Source: Gemmatimonadota bacterium (GTDB taxonomy: Bacteria > JBHIER01 > G020348925). Taken from it: DNA of 64,000 nt. The notes under the pieces were generated by a model, which was not told the origin of the DNA, did not search any database, and was given only the letters and a program-made list of their open reading frames with translations. The stretch is taken from contig CP070758.1 in NCBI GenBank assembly GCA_020348925.1, positions 4,649,775 to 4,713,774 on the forward strand. Direction: 5' to 3'. This document shows, one piece after another, positions 1 through 12,805 of this stretch (the stretch's first letter is position 1; each line of letters opens with the position of its first letter). The translations under genes were made by a program, and so were the position numbers.

Positions 1-3276
<3,276 letters not shown>

Positions 3277-3286
3277 TCAGTAGCAT

Positions 3287-6200
3287 CTATCCCTCTTCAA
3301 GCTGAACGTCCAAACCTAAACTCTGCAGCTCCTTGACCAGAACATTGAACGACTCCGGAACACCGGGTTCTGGCGGATTCTCTCCCTTCACAATAGCCTC
3401 ATAGATACGAGATCGACCGGCGACATCATCCGACTTCACTGTCAGCATCTCCTGCAGAGCATGAGCAGCGCCGTATGCTTCTAAGGCCCACACTTCCATC
3501 TCCCCGAAGCGTTGCCCACCGAATTGTGCTTTTCCCCCCAGGGGCTGTTGCGTCACCAAAGAATACGGACCGATAGATCGCGCGTGAATCTTGTCTTCGA
3601 CCAGATGATGCAGTTTCATCATGTATATGTAACCCACCGTCACCTCTTTGTCTACTGCTTCACCGGTTCTACCGTCAAAGATAATCGATTTTCCTGTTGC
3701 CGGCAGACCAGCCTCTGTCAACACATCTTTGATCTCACCGAGCGAAGCTCCGTCAAAAACAGGGGTGACCATCTGAATATTGAGCTTCTTGGCTGCCCAT
3801 CCAAGATGGGTTTCGAGTATTTGCCCGACATTCATCCGAGACGGTACACCCAAGGGATTTAACACAATGTCCACGGGAGTCCCATCAGACAAATACGGCA
3901 TATCCTCTTCGGGTACGATCTTGGCAATCACGCCTTTATTACCGTGTCTTCCAGCCATCTTGTCGCCAACGGATAATTTCTGCTTTTTGGCCACATACAC
4001 TTTGACCAGCTGAACAATGCCTGGAAGAAGCTCGTCCCCACGGGAGACCTTATCCACTTCGATATCCAAATCCTCCTGGACCGTTTGGATCAGCTCAACG
4101 GATTCTCTCATGACGCGTTCGATTCTCTTGTCGAGCGCTTCATTCTGGGTCCATCCCTCAAGAGGTTCGACAGCATCAAATTCAAGTTTTTCCAAAACCC
4201 GCCTTCCGTATTTCTGACCTCTCCTGACGACGACTTTTCCGTCCTTCACATGGCGCAACCCTCCGGACAGTGCACCCTCCAGAATCTCTGTGAGTATCTC
4301 GTTCCTGGTTGCTTTTATTTCCTTTATTTTCTTCTGAGCTTTCCTCTTCAGCTCTTGAATTTTCTTCTTGTCCCGCTCTCGGGTCTTTGAATCGTGATCC
4401 CTTCTTGAAAACAGCTTGGTATCGATGACGACGCCTCTCATGCCTGGAGGAGCCTTGAGAGAAGCATCACGCACGTCGCCAGCCTTCTCACCAAATATGG
4501 CCCTGAGCAATCGCTCTTCGGGTGAAAGTTCGGTTTCACCTTTTGGCGTTACTTTTCCCACGAGAATGTCTCCCGCTGTCACTTCAGCTCCAATCCGAAC
4601 GATCCCCTGCTCATTGAGGTTTCGGACAGCCGTTTCACTCACATTCGGTATTTCTCTCGTAATCTCCTCAGTCCCACGCTTTGTATCCCGTACCTGCAAC
4701 TCAAATTCTTCAATATGAATAGAGGAAAAGATGTCCTCCTGAACCAACCGTTCACTCACGATAATGGCGTCCTCGAAATTATATCCGCTCCAGGGCATAA
4801 AAGCAACCAACACATTTTTCCCCAATGATAGTTCACCGTAGTGCGTGGCCGAGCCATCGGCTAAGATCATTCCTTTTCGAATGCGATCTCCGACACGAAC
4901 CACCGGCTTTTGATGAATACATGTATCCTGGTTGGAACGTTTAAATTTCACCAAGTCATATGTCTCAACATTGTCCAATGCCGTTGCCACGTCATCAGAT
5001 CCATATCGTTCTCGTTGAACGACAATCTCATCAGCAGTCACTTTAACCACGCGACCCGAACTTCGGGCGAGAACCATCGTTCCAGAATCTTGAGCTGCCT
5101 TTTCCTCCATTCCGGTTACGACGAGAGGAGATTCGGATTGCAGGAGCGGAACAGCCTGGCGCTGCATATTTGAACCCATGAGTGCTCGATTGGCATCGTC
5201 GTGTTCCAGAAATGGAATGAGTGCAGCCGCGACGCTCACCAACTGCTTCGGGGATACATCCAAATAATGGATCTCCTGCGGAGAGACGACGACAATGTCC
5301 CCACGCCGACGGGCTTTGAGCATCTCGTTAACGAATCTCCCTTTCCCATCCAGGGGTTCATTGGCTTGAGCAATCGTAAATCTATCCTCTTGATCGGCCG
5401 TCAGAAACTCAATGATATCCGTCACCTTGCCCTTCTCGACTTTTCGCAATGGTGTTTCAATAAATCCAAATTTGTTGAGCCGGCCGAACGTACTCAGTGA
5501 CGTGATCAAGCCAATGTTGGGACCTTCCGGTGTTTCAATCGGGCACATCCGACCGTAATGGGTATGGTGAACATCCCGCACCTCGAATCCGGCACGTTCT
5601 CTCGTGAGACCACCGGGACCGAGTGCGCTGAGCCTCCGCTTGTGGGTAAGTTCTGCCAGCGGATTGGTCTGATCCATGAACTGGGACAGTTGACTGCTCC
5701 CAAAGAACGCATTAATGACCGCTGATACCGTTCTGGCATTCACCAAATCCTGCGGGGTAATGGCCTCAAAGCTCCGCAAACTCATGCGTTCGCGAGATGT
5801 CCTGGCCATTCGTGATAAGCCAACGCTGAACTGTTGGGCTAACAACTCGCCTACAGAACGGGCACGTCGATTCCCCAAGTGGTCGATATCATCAGTGTAC
5901 CCTTCTCCCCTGCGCAGTGCAAGCAAATACTGGATGATGGCGATGAAATCATCATTGGTGAGAACCATTTGATCGCGATCTACGGTCAGGTTTAACCTCT
6001 CATTGATGCGGTGTCGACCGACCTCACCGAGATCGTACCGCTTCGGATTAAACAAGAGTTTCTCCAAAAGCGCTCGTGCTGTTTCAACATTCGGCGGCTC
6101 ACCGGGCCGCAGCAGGGCATACATTTTAAAGAGGGCATCCTCCTCCGAATCACTAAAATCCTTCTGCAGGGTATTCTTAAAGACGACAACATCCTGATTT

Positions 6201-7069
6201 GCTTCATCCCGAAAGATTGAAATTTTAGGGATATTTTCTTTCTTCAAGTCGTCGATCAAATCCTTCGAGAGCACACTTCCCATACTGGCTAAAATCTCAC
6301 CCGTCTCCTTGTCGACCACATCGGCAGCTAAAATCTTTGAGGACAAATCACGTCGGATCTTCTTGATATCGATCTTCTCCTGTTCAAAGAAGAGATTCAA
6401 AATTGCCTCGTTTGTCGAATACCCTAAGGCCCGTAATAAAACCGTAACCGGCACTTTGCGTTTCTTATCGATATGGACATGGAGAACATCGTTGGCATCC
6501 AGACTAAACTCGATCCACGGACCTCGGTAGGGGATAACACGAGCAGAAAACTGGCGTTTCCCCTCGGTCCTTCCTGACTCATCGAAAAAGACTCCAGGCG
6601 ATCTGTGAAGCTGGCTGACAATGACTCTTTCAGCACCATTAATTATGAAAGTCCCTGTTTCAGTCATCATCGGTAATTCGCCCAAAAATACCTGCTGTTC
6701 AATAATATCTTTAATTCTTTCTTCCTGACCTTCCAAATTCCGAAAGACGAGTCGAAGCGTAGCCTTGAGGGGTACGGCATAGGTCATACCCCGCTCCTGA
6801 CATTCCCTGACAGAATACTTGGGTTTGCCCAGTGAGTATTTCACAAACTCGAGGGAGAATCTGTTGTGCACATCTTCAACAGGAAAGATACTCTTGAAAA
6901 CAGCTTGGAGTCCCTGGTCCTTACGCTGATCATCAGGTGCTTCGTTCTGTAAGAATGTCCGGAACGACTCCACTTGAATATCCAGTAAACCTGGCATTTC
7001 CATAACTGATGATATTTTGAAGAAGTCCCGTTTGGAAATCTCTGTGTTACAATCTTTCGATATAGTCAT
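3287..7069 (-). CDS. rpoB: DNA-directed RNA polymerase beta subunit
   Basis: 1260 aa with [25 protein letters not shown] and [18 protein letters not shown] motifs. Confidence 0.99.
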   Translation of the reverse strand: MTISKDCNTEISKRDFFKISSVMEMPGLLDIQVESFRTFLQNEAPDDQRKDQGLQAVFKSIFPVEDVHNRFSLEFVKYSLGKPKYSVRECQERGMTYAVPLKATLRLVFRNLEGQEERIKDIIEQQVFLGELPMMTETGTFIINGAERVIVSQLHRSPGVFFDESGRTEGKRQFSARVIPYRGPWIEFSLDANDVLHVHIDKKRKVPVTVLLRALGYSTNEAILNLFFEQEKIDIKKIRRDLSSKILAADVVDKETGEILASMGSVLSKDLIDDLKKENIPKISIFRDEANQDVVVFKNTLQKDFSDSEEDALFKMYALLRPGEPPNVETARALLEKLLFNPKRYDLGEVGRHRINERLNLTVDRDQMVLTNDDFIAIIQYLLALRRGEGYTDDIDHLGNRRARSVGELLAQQFSVGLSRMARTSRERMSLRSFEAITPQDLVNARTVSAVINAFFGSSQLSQFMDQTNPLAELTHKRRLSALGPGGLTRERAGFEVRDVHHTHYGRMCPIETPEGPNIGLITSLSTFGRLNKFGFIETPLRKVEKGKVTDIIEFLTADQEDRFTIAQANEPLDGKGRFVNEMLKARRRGDIVVVSPQEIHYLDVSPKQLVSVAAALIPFLEHDDANRALMGSNMQRQAVPLLQSESPLVVTGMEEKAAQDSGTMVLARSSGRVVKVTADEIVVQRERYGSDDVATALDNVETYDLVKFKRSNQDTCIHQKPVVRVGDRIRKGMILADGSATHYGELSLGKNVLVAFMPWSGYNFEDAIIVSERLVQEDIFSSIHIEEFELQVRDTKRGTEEITREIPNVSETAVRNLNEQGIVRIGAEVTAGDILVGKVTPKGETELSPEERLLRAIFGEKAGDVRDASLKAPPGMRGVVIDTKLFSRRDHDSKTRERDKKKIQELKRKAQKKIKEIKATRNEILTEILEGALSGGLRHVKDGKVVVRRGQKYGRRVLEKLEFDAVEPLEGWTQNEALDKRIERVMRESVELIQTVQEDLDIEVDKVSRGDELLPGIVQLVKVYVAKKQKLSVGDKMAGRHGNKGVIAKIVPEEDMPYLSDGTPVDIVLNPLGVPSRMNVGQILETHLGWAAKKLNIQMVTPVFDGASLGEIKDVLTEAGLPATGKSIIFDGRTGEAVDKEVTVGYIYMMKLHHLVEDKIHARSIGPYSLVTQQPLGGKAQFGGQRFGEMEVWALEAYGAAHALQEMLTVKSDDVAGRSRIYEAIVKGENPPEPGVPESFNVLVKELQSLGLDVQLEEG

Positions 7070-7096
7070 GGCTTTATCTTCACCACCGTGCTGTTA

Positions 7097-7534
7097 TTAT
7101 TTAATTTCCACTGCAGCGCCGACCTCTTCCAGCTTTGTCTTGATTTCTTCGGCCGCTTCCTTCGACACACCCGTTTTTATCGGTTTGGGTGCTGTATCCA
7201 CCAATTCCTTGGCTTCTTTTAATCCCAAATCCGTCAATGTACGAACGACTTTGATAACTTGAATTTTCTTATCTCCTACGCTGTTCAGAATCACATCGAA
7301 TTCCGTCTTCTCCTCGACTTGCTCCTCTGTGGCGGTCGCTTGAGCCGGGCCAGCGGCTTGCAGTATGGGAGCAGCAGCCGTGACACCAAATTTCTCCTCC
7401 ATCCCCTTGACCAATTCCGCAATTTCCAAAACCGTCATTTTTTCCAAAGTCTCCATGACGTCCTTGACGTTGTTTTTCTTCGCCTTCGTTGCTGCCGTGC
7501 TTTTCTTAGCAGCCGCTTTCTTCTCCGCTACCAT
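7097..7534 (-). CDS. rplL: 50S ribosomal protein bL12 (L7/L12) with a Lys/Ala-rich N-terminal extension
   Basis: [10 protein letters not shown]...[10 protein letters not shown]...[11 protein letters not shown] motif. AGGAGG upstream of the ATG at 7534. Confidence 0.98.
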   Translation of the reverse strand: MVAEKKAAAKKSTAATKAKKNNVKDVMETLEKMTVLEIAELVKGMEEKFGVTAAAPILQAAGPAQATATEEQVEEKTEFDVILNSVGDKKIQVIKVVRTLTDLGLKEAKELVDTAPKPIKTGVSKEAAEEIKTKLEEVGAAVEIK

Positions 7535-7602
7535 TGTCTCCTCCTAACTCATCCAGGATACTGAAAAGATATTCACTGCCTTCGTAATAGTCCAGAAAGC
7601 GC

Positions 7603-8160
7603 TCAATCACTTTGATCCTCGTCATCCTTCTGAACACCACCTTGCTTTTCCTTCTCAATTCGAAGAGCATCCACTGTGGCCACCAATTTTTGGAGGAACC
7701 CTTGCCATCGACTAACGAATGCAACCAGAGGATTGCGAGCCAGGGTGGCTATCTTTGCCAACAATTCCTCCTTTGATGGGAGGTTGGCTACTTCGGATAT
7801 CTCATCCGCAGTGAGAACTCTTCCCTCTAAAAGCCCACTTCGAATTTTTGGGAGTTCACGATCTTTCGCAAAATCAACGAGCAATCGTGCAGGCACAACC
7901 GGATCATCATAACCAAAGGCCAAGCACGTGGGCCCTTCAAATAAGTCCTTCAATTCCGAAACCCCGGCTTCATCAACTGCAAGCCGGGCCAGAGTATTCT
8001 TCACGACTCGCAATTCAACCGAGGCACTTCTCAGTTTGTGTCGCAATTCCGTGATGGAAGCTACATCCAGGCCCGTGAAATCGGCCAAATATACACCTTG
8101 AGCTCGTTGAAACTTATCAGAAAGTTCCTGAACGATTCTTTCCTTTTCAGCTTTTAGCAT
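7603..8160 (-). CDS. rplJ: 50S ribosomal protein uL10
   Basis: VVKNTLAR and LPSKEELLA motifs; lies between rplA and rplL. Confidence 0.97.
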   Translation of the reverse strand: MLKAEKERIVQELSDKFQRAQGVYLADFTGLDVASITELRHKLRSASVELRVVKNTLARLAVDEAGVSELKDLFEGPTCLAFGYDDPVVPARLLVDFAKDRELPKIRSGLLEGRVLTADEISEVANLPSKEELLAKIATLARNPLVAFVSRWQGFLQKLVATVDALRIEKEKQGGVQKDDEDQSD

Positions 8161-8198
8161 CGGTTTCTCGTTCCGTCAAAAGAAATTATCATATTCCA

Positions 8199-8900
8199 TT
8201 ACCGAAAGAGGTTCAGCACCGCTTGTCGATCCAGTTTAATTCCAGGGCCCATCGTGGATGAAAGAGCTAAGCTGCGAACATATTGACCCTTGGCGGCAGC
8301 TGGCTTCGCTCGTAAAACCGCTTCTAAGAAGACGCAGGCGTTTTGAAAGAGGCTCTCCTCATGAAAGGAAGCCTTTCCGATTGGCACGTGGAGAATACCG
8401 GACTTATCAACTCGATATTCGACTTTGCCGGCTTTCGCATCACGAACCGCCTTGGCGACATCGAACGTAACCGTTCCGCTCTTCGGATTCGGCATTAAGC
8501 CTCTGGGCCCAAGAATGCGCCCGAGCTTTCCAACCTCACTCATGACATCAGGAGTGGCAATGATGACATCAACATCGGTCCAGCCATCTTTAATTTTTTG
8601 AATATAGTCATCCATACCCGCATAATCAGCACCTGCTTCGAGGGCTTCTTTCTCTTTATCCCCACGAGCCAGCACAAGAATTTTAACAGTCCTGCCCGTG
8701 CCATGAGGGAGCACCACGAAACCTCGCACTTGTTGATCGGCATGCCGCGGATCCACTCCCAATTTCGCCGCCACTTCAACGGTCTCATCAAAGTGAGCAC
8801 TCGCCGTCTCTTTTACCAGTTTGATGCCCTCCTTAAGATCAAAAACAGCACTCGCGTCGATTTTCTCTGAATTCGCTTTATATCTTTTACTCCGTTTCAT
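8199..8900 (-). CDS. rplA: 50S ribosomal protein uL1
   Basis: [24 protein letters not shown] and STMGPG motifs. Confidence 0.99.
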   Translation of the reverse strand: MKRSKRYKANSEKIDASAVFDLKEGIKLVKETASAHFDETVEVAAKLGVDPRHADQQVRGFVVLPHGTGRTVKILVLARGDKEKEALEAGADYAGMDDYIQKIKDGWTDVDVIIATPDVMSEVGKLGRILGPRGLMPNPKSGTVTFDVAKAVRDAKAGKVEYRVDKSGILHVPIGKASFHEESLFQNACVFLEAVLRAKPAAAKGQYVRSLALSSTMGPGIKLDRQAVLNLFR

Positions 8901-8927
8901 CTCTATCCCTCAATGCATAGAAAAGAA

Positions 8928-9353
8928 TTACGCCTCGACCTCAATACCCATGCTTCGGGCTGTACCCTCAATCATTCGCATGGCCCCTTCAATGTTCACT
9001 GCATTCAGATCGGGCATTTTCAACTGGGCAATTTCCCGAATCTGTTCTTTGTTTACCTTCGCAATCTTCACGCGGTTCGGCTCGCCGGACGCCTTCGCAA
9101 TCCCCGCCGCCCTTTTGAGGAGCACTGATGCCGGAGGTGTTTTGGTGATAAAAGAAAAGGTCCGATCACCATAAACAGTAATTACGACCGGAATAATCAA
9201 TCCCACCTCGCTGCGCGTTTTATCATTGAAGGCCTTACAGAACTCCATAATATTGACTCCGTACTGACCCAAAGCCGGTCCCACAGGCGGCGCCGGATTC
9301 GCATTACCTGCAGGGATATGCAATTTGATCGTTCCGAGTATTTTTTTTGCCAT
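8928..9353 (-). CDS. rplK: 50S ribosomal protein uL11
   Basis: [13 protein letters not shown] and GTARSMG motifs. Confidence 0.99.
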   Translation of the reverse strand: MAKKILGTIKLHIPAGNANPAPPVGPALGQYGVNIMEFCKAFNDKTRSEVGLIIPVVITVYGDRTFSFITKTPPASVLLKRAAGIAKASGEPNRVKIAKVNKEQIREIAQLKMPDLNAVNIEGAMRMIEGTARSMGIEVEA

Positions 9354-9355
9354 GA

Positions 9356-9886
9356 TTATATACTCTTTACTTGTAAGAAATTTAACTCTACTGGTGTTGA
9401 TCTTCCAAAAATACTCACCATTACTTTCAATTTTCCCCTTTCAGGATTCACCTCGTTCACAACACCTGAGAAATCCGAAAACGGACCATCGATGACTTTG
9501 ACTGGATCCCCGATCTTAAAAGGGATCTCGGAGGCAGCTTTCGTCCGCGTCCGGTCCATCTGCGCCATAATTCGATCCAACTCTTCTGGGCGCAGAGCCT
9601 GCGGCTTATCCCCCGAACTGACAAAGCTGGTTACTCCTGGAGTGTTTCTTACGAGGTGCCACGTCTCTTTTGTCATCTCCATTTCAACCAAGATGTAACT
9701 CGGGAGAAACTTCTTGGCAGAGGTCGTTTTTTTGCCGTTCTTCATCTCGACGACCTCTTCAGTGGGTATGATCACATTCGTGATTTTATCCTCCATTTTT
9801 TGAATTTTCACCTCTCTCTCCAGAATCGTCTTCACCTTTTTCTCATGCCCGGAATAAGTGTGAATCACGTACCACCGTTTCTCCAT
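9356..9886 (-). CDS. nusG: Transcription termination/antitermination factor NusG
   Basis: [14 protein letters not shown] motif [11 protein letters not shown], and [10 protein letters not shown]. Start placed at the ATG at 9886 after AAGGAAG. Confidence 0.98.
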   Translation of the reverse strand: MEKRWYVIHTYSGHEKKVKTILEREVKIQKMEDKITNVIIPTEEVVEMKNGKKTTSAKKFLPSYILVEMEMTKETWHLVRNTPGVTSFVSSGDKPQALRPEELDRIMAQMDRTRTKAASEIPFKIGDPVKVIDGPFSDFSGVVNEVNPERGKLKVMVSIFGRSTPVELNFLQVKSI

Positions 9887-9929
9887 ATACACTTCCTTAA
9901 AGAGACATACCATTTCTTGACGGCATGTC

Positions 9930-10115
9930 TCACTTTAAAACAAATCCCATTATTTTTGATAATCCCGTATCTACGACAAATATGTAAAGAGCGAACAAGA
10001 GCGATATGATAATGACCACCTTCGCTGAAGCGAAAAGTTCATCCCGCGTCGGCCAGGCAACCTTCGACATCTCTATTCGCACCTCTTGAAAAAATTTTGC
10101 AATTTTTTTAAACAT
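9930..10115 (-). CDS. secE: Preprotein translocase subunit SecE
   Basis: EMSKVAWPTR followed by one TM helix; canonical position between tRNA-Trp and nusG. Confidence 0.95.
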   Translation of the reverse strand: MFKKIAKFFQEVRIEMSKVAWPTRDELFASAKVVIIISLLFALYIFVVDTGLSKIMGFVLK

Positions 10116-10155
10116 TGTCTACTACGTTCAAAGTGCACAACCATATTCGGAACGA

Positions 10156-10232
10156 TGGCAGGCCTGGAGGGATTCGAACCCCCAACATCCGGTTTTGGAG
10201 ACCGGCGCTCTAACCGTTAGAGCTACAGGCCT
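10156..10232 (-). tRNA. trnW: tRNA-Trp (CCA)
   Basis: AGGCCTG acceptor stem, anticodon loop CTCCAAA, GGTTCGAATCC T-arm, encoded 3' CCA; 77 nt. Confidence 0.97.
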
Positions 10233-10276
10233 ATTTCCGACCAACGAACCGCCATGAGGATCAGTCAGCCATGCCA

Positions 10277-10426
10277 TTATCGTGTTTCCTTGTGGGGCGT
10301 ATGTGTTTTGCAAAAACGACAATACTTCTTATACTCCACTCTATCGGAGTGCTTTCTTTTATTCTTTGTTGTCGTGTAGTTTCTTCTTTTACACTCCGTG
10401 CACGCTAAGACGACCAGATCTCTCAC
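10277..10426 (-). CDS. rpmG: 50S ribosomal protein bL33 (Zn-ribbon type)
   Basis: Manual translation from [52 protein letters not shown] (49 aa). Absent from the ORF track. Confidence 0.96.
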   Translation of the reverse strand: MRDLVVLACTECKRRNYTTTKNKRKHSDRVEYKKYCRFCKTHTPHKETR

Positions 10427-10457
10427 GATTTCTATTCCCTTTACATACTCTCGTTAT

Positions 10458-10590
10458 CTATTCCAGGATTTCGGTGACCACACCGGCACCAACCGTCCGA
10501 CCACCCTCTCGAATCGCAAACCGCAGCTCCTTCTCCATCGCTATCGGCGTGATCAACTCCACCTCCATCGTTACATTATCCCCAGGCATC
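10458..10590 (-). CDS. tuf: Elongation factor Tu, C-terminal fragment only (rest lost in the gap)
   Basis: [43 protein letters not shown] is the EF-Tu C-terminus; directly upstream of rpmG. Confidence 0.96.
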
Positions 10591-10690
10591 NNNNNNNNNN
10601 NNNNNNNNNNNNNNNNNNNNNNNNNNNNNNNNNNNNNNNNNNNNNNNNNNNNNNNNNNNNNNNNNNNNNNNNNNNNNNNNNNNNNNNNNN
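10591..10690. other. Assembly gap (100 N)
   Basis: Run of N; both flanking genes are truncated. Confidence 1.
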
Positions 10691-12737
10691 CATCGCCGTT
10701 CACATCCCCCCTGTCTCCCCCCCGGCAACCGGATACTCCCCCGCCACAGATACGAACATCATCCACGAACCACCCGTCATCGTTCACGGAGCCGTCGGTC
10801 AGCAGCCGAAAACGGATTCTGACATCGTCCGCCAGGCCGCAATATTCCCTCAAGGAGAAGAACTCATGAATCCATTCACGGCGGTACCCGTGAAAGTCCC
10901 TCGACAACACCTCCCACTCAAAGCCGCCGTCGGTCGAAATCTCCACGAAGGCCGAATCGTTGTCCGGTTCAAAGTAGGCGTAATGCCAGAAATCGACGGC
11001 TGCCGACCCGTACGAGGTCAGATCAATCCCCCGGACCATGGCTGCCCAGGTATCTCCTCCGTTGGTATAATACCCGGAGGGACTGTCTGTCAGAGACAAA
11101 GAGACTGAATGATAGCGGGAACCGGAGGTGCCCCAGCTGCTCCCTTCACCCCCGGGGTTCCACTGGTAGATTCTACCCTCAAAATGATCATGAAAGAGCG
11201 TCTCGGCCTGGCACAACTCGAGGCTGAACGTGGTATCATCGGAGAGGTAAAATGATTCCACGTGGGCCACATAATTGTCAGCTGTAATAATCACTCTGTA
11301 GGTGCCCTCCGACAAGGTTACATCAAAATCACCTGTGGAGAAATTCGAACAGACCGTATCCACTGTCGGACCCTCGAAGAACAGGGACGCTCCCACCGGC
11401 TCCCCTGTTTGAAAGTCGGTGAGGGACCCTGCGCAATTCCATCTCGGCAAAGGCGTCAGTTCGACGTCCACCACAGTGGGACTGCTCGGATTGACCACCA
11501 CATCCGAGAATCGTTTCCCTCTGTAACCGGGATGCGTCACCTCCAGCGTATAGACACCGGGCACAAGAATTCTGCGGTACCGCCCGTACATGCGATCACA
11601 GAGACGCGGAGATACGATACCACCACTTGCTTCCAGCACCCTCACTTCAGCTTCCAGCGGTTCACCACTGATCCCGTCCGTCACGCGGCCCGTGATTCCC
11701 CCGGCCATAACCCTGTCCAAAAGGTAGTACGCGCCCACCATGTTTCGGGCGCATATACCGTCGACCATTTCGCCGGGCGGCTGAATGGTGCTCCCGACCT
11801 CGATAAGAATGGGTATCGTCCCCACTTTGACGTAAAACCAATCCCGGGCGAAGGGGGCCCGCAGAGAACTGCACCAGGGAGAATATGAGAACCTCCCGTC
11901 GTCCGTCGTGATCAACTGCGCCACTTCCTCCGCCGTATACTGGATAACGGGGAAATCCGGGGGACGCTTCTCCTCCCAGCACCAGGGATAGTAGATCACC
12001 TCTTTTGTCCCTGTTCTGGCGCTGTGATACAGAAGGGCAAACACAAATTTCTGTTCCAGGGCGAGATCACGCAGGGCCCGGTTTTCGGACTCGGAAAAAG
12101 GGGCAGGTCCCCGATAGTTATCACTGGCCCAGCTCGTGTCGCCGCGCTCCCAATTGAAATCGTAGTTTCTGTTCGGATCAACCCCATCGATATCCCCCCC
12201 TATCTCAGGTATGAAATCGAAAACACCGTTTCCATTGTTGTCCCGCTTCGTCTTCCGGAACGTCACATCAAGGCCATCCGTCACCACCTTATGCCCCTCA
12301 GGATTGAGCAGTGGGACAAACCATATTTCTATATTGTTGATCCACCAGGTGACTTGAGAATTTGCTCCGTATCGATCGACCAACTCACCGATCATATCCA
12401 GACATATCTCCAGACCGAGGGCTTCCTCGGCATGATGCACGCCATTATACAGAACAGCCGGCTCATCCTCCTCCACATCGACGTTGTCGGAAATTTTGAC
12501 CGCCCAAACGATCATACTGTCCTGGGTTGACACCCCGATGCTGTCCACTCGCATAATATCCGAGTGGACGTCAGCCATGGAATCCAGCTCAGCCACCATC
12601 TCTTCGTAGGTGTGATATCGAGCATCAAGTTGAGCCTCTATATGTGTTGCGGTCAAAGACAACAGGGTGAAGACAACCGCCAGTGGACGCATCTTCAACA
12701 TTCCCATCATGGGCATTTCCCTTCCTACTCTTTTCAT
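10691..12737 (-). CDS. Secreted M14 zinc carboxypeptidase with carboxypeptidase-regulatory-like domains, a jelly-roll domain and a C-terminal dockerin truncated by the gap
   Basis: Signal peptide; YHTYEE, HHAEE (HxxE Zn ligands), NPEG, DPNRNY, PFSESE and YHS motifs. Ends RGDVNGD at the gap. Confidence 0.9.
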
Positions 12738-12805
12738 GCTCAGGTCCTCACGGAACACCTCAACTATGTGCGGGACGCACTGACTGCCCCTTCAGAAAGA
12801 TAGTA

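Noticed and set aside
10458-12758. ORF-track 766-aa carboxypeptidase-EF-Tu fusion
   Set aside because: The frame only reads through 100 N; these are two unrelated truncated genes.
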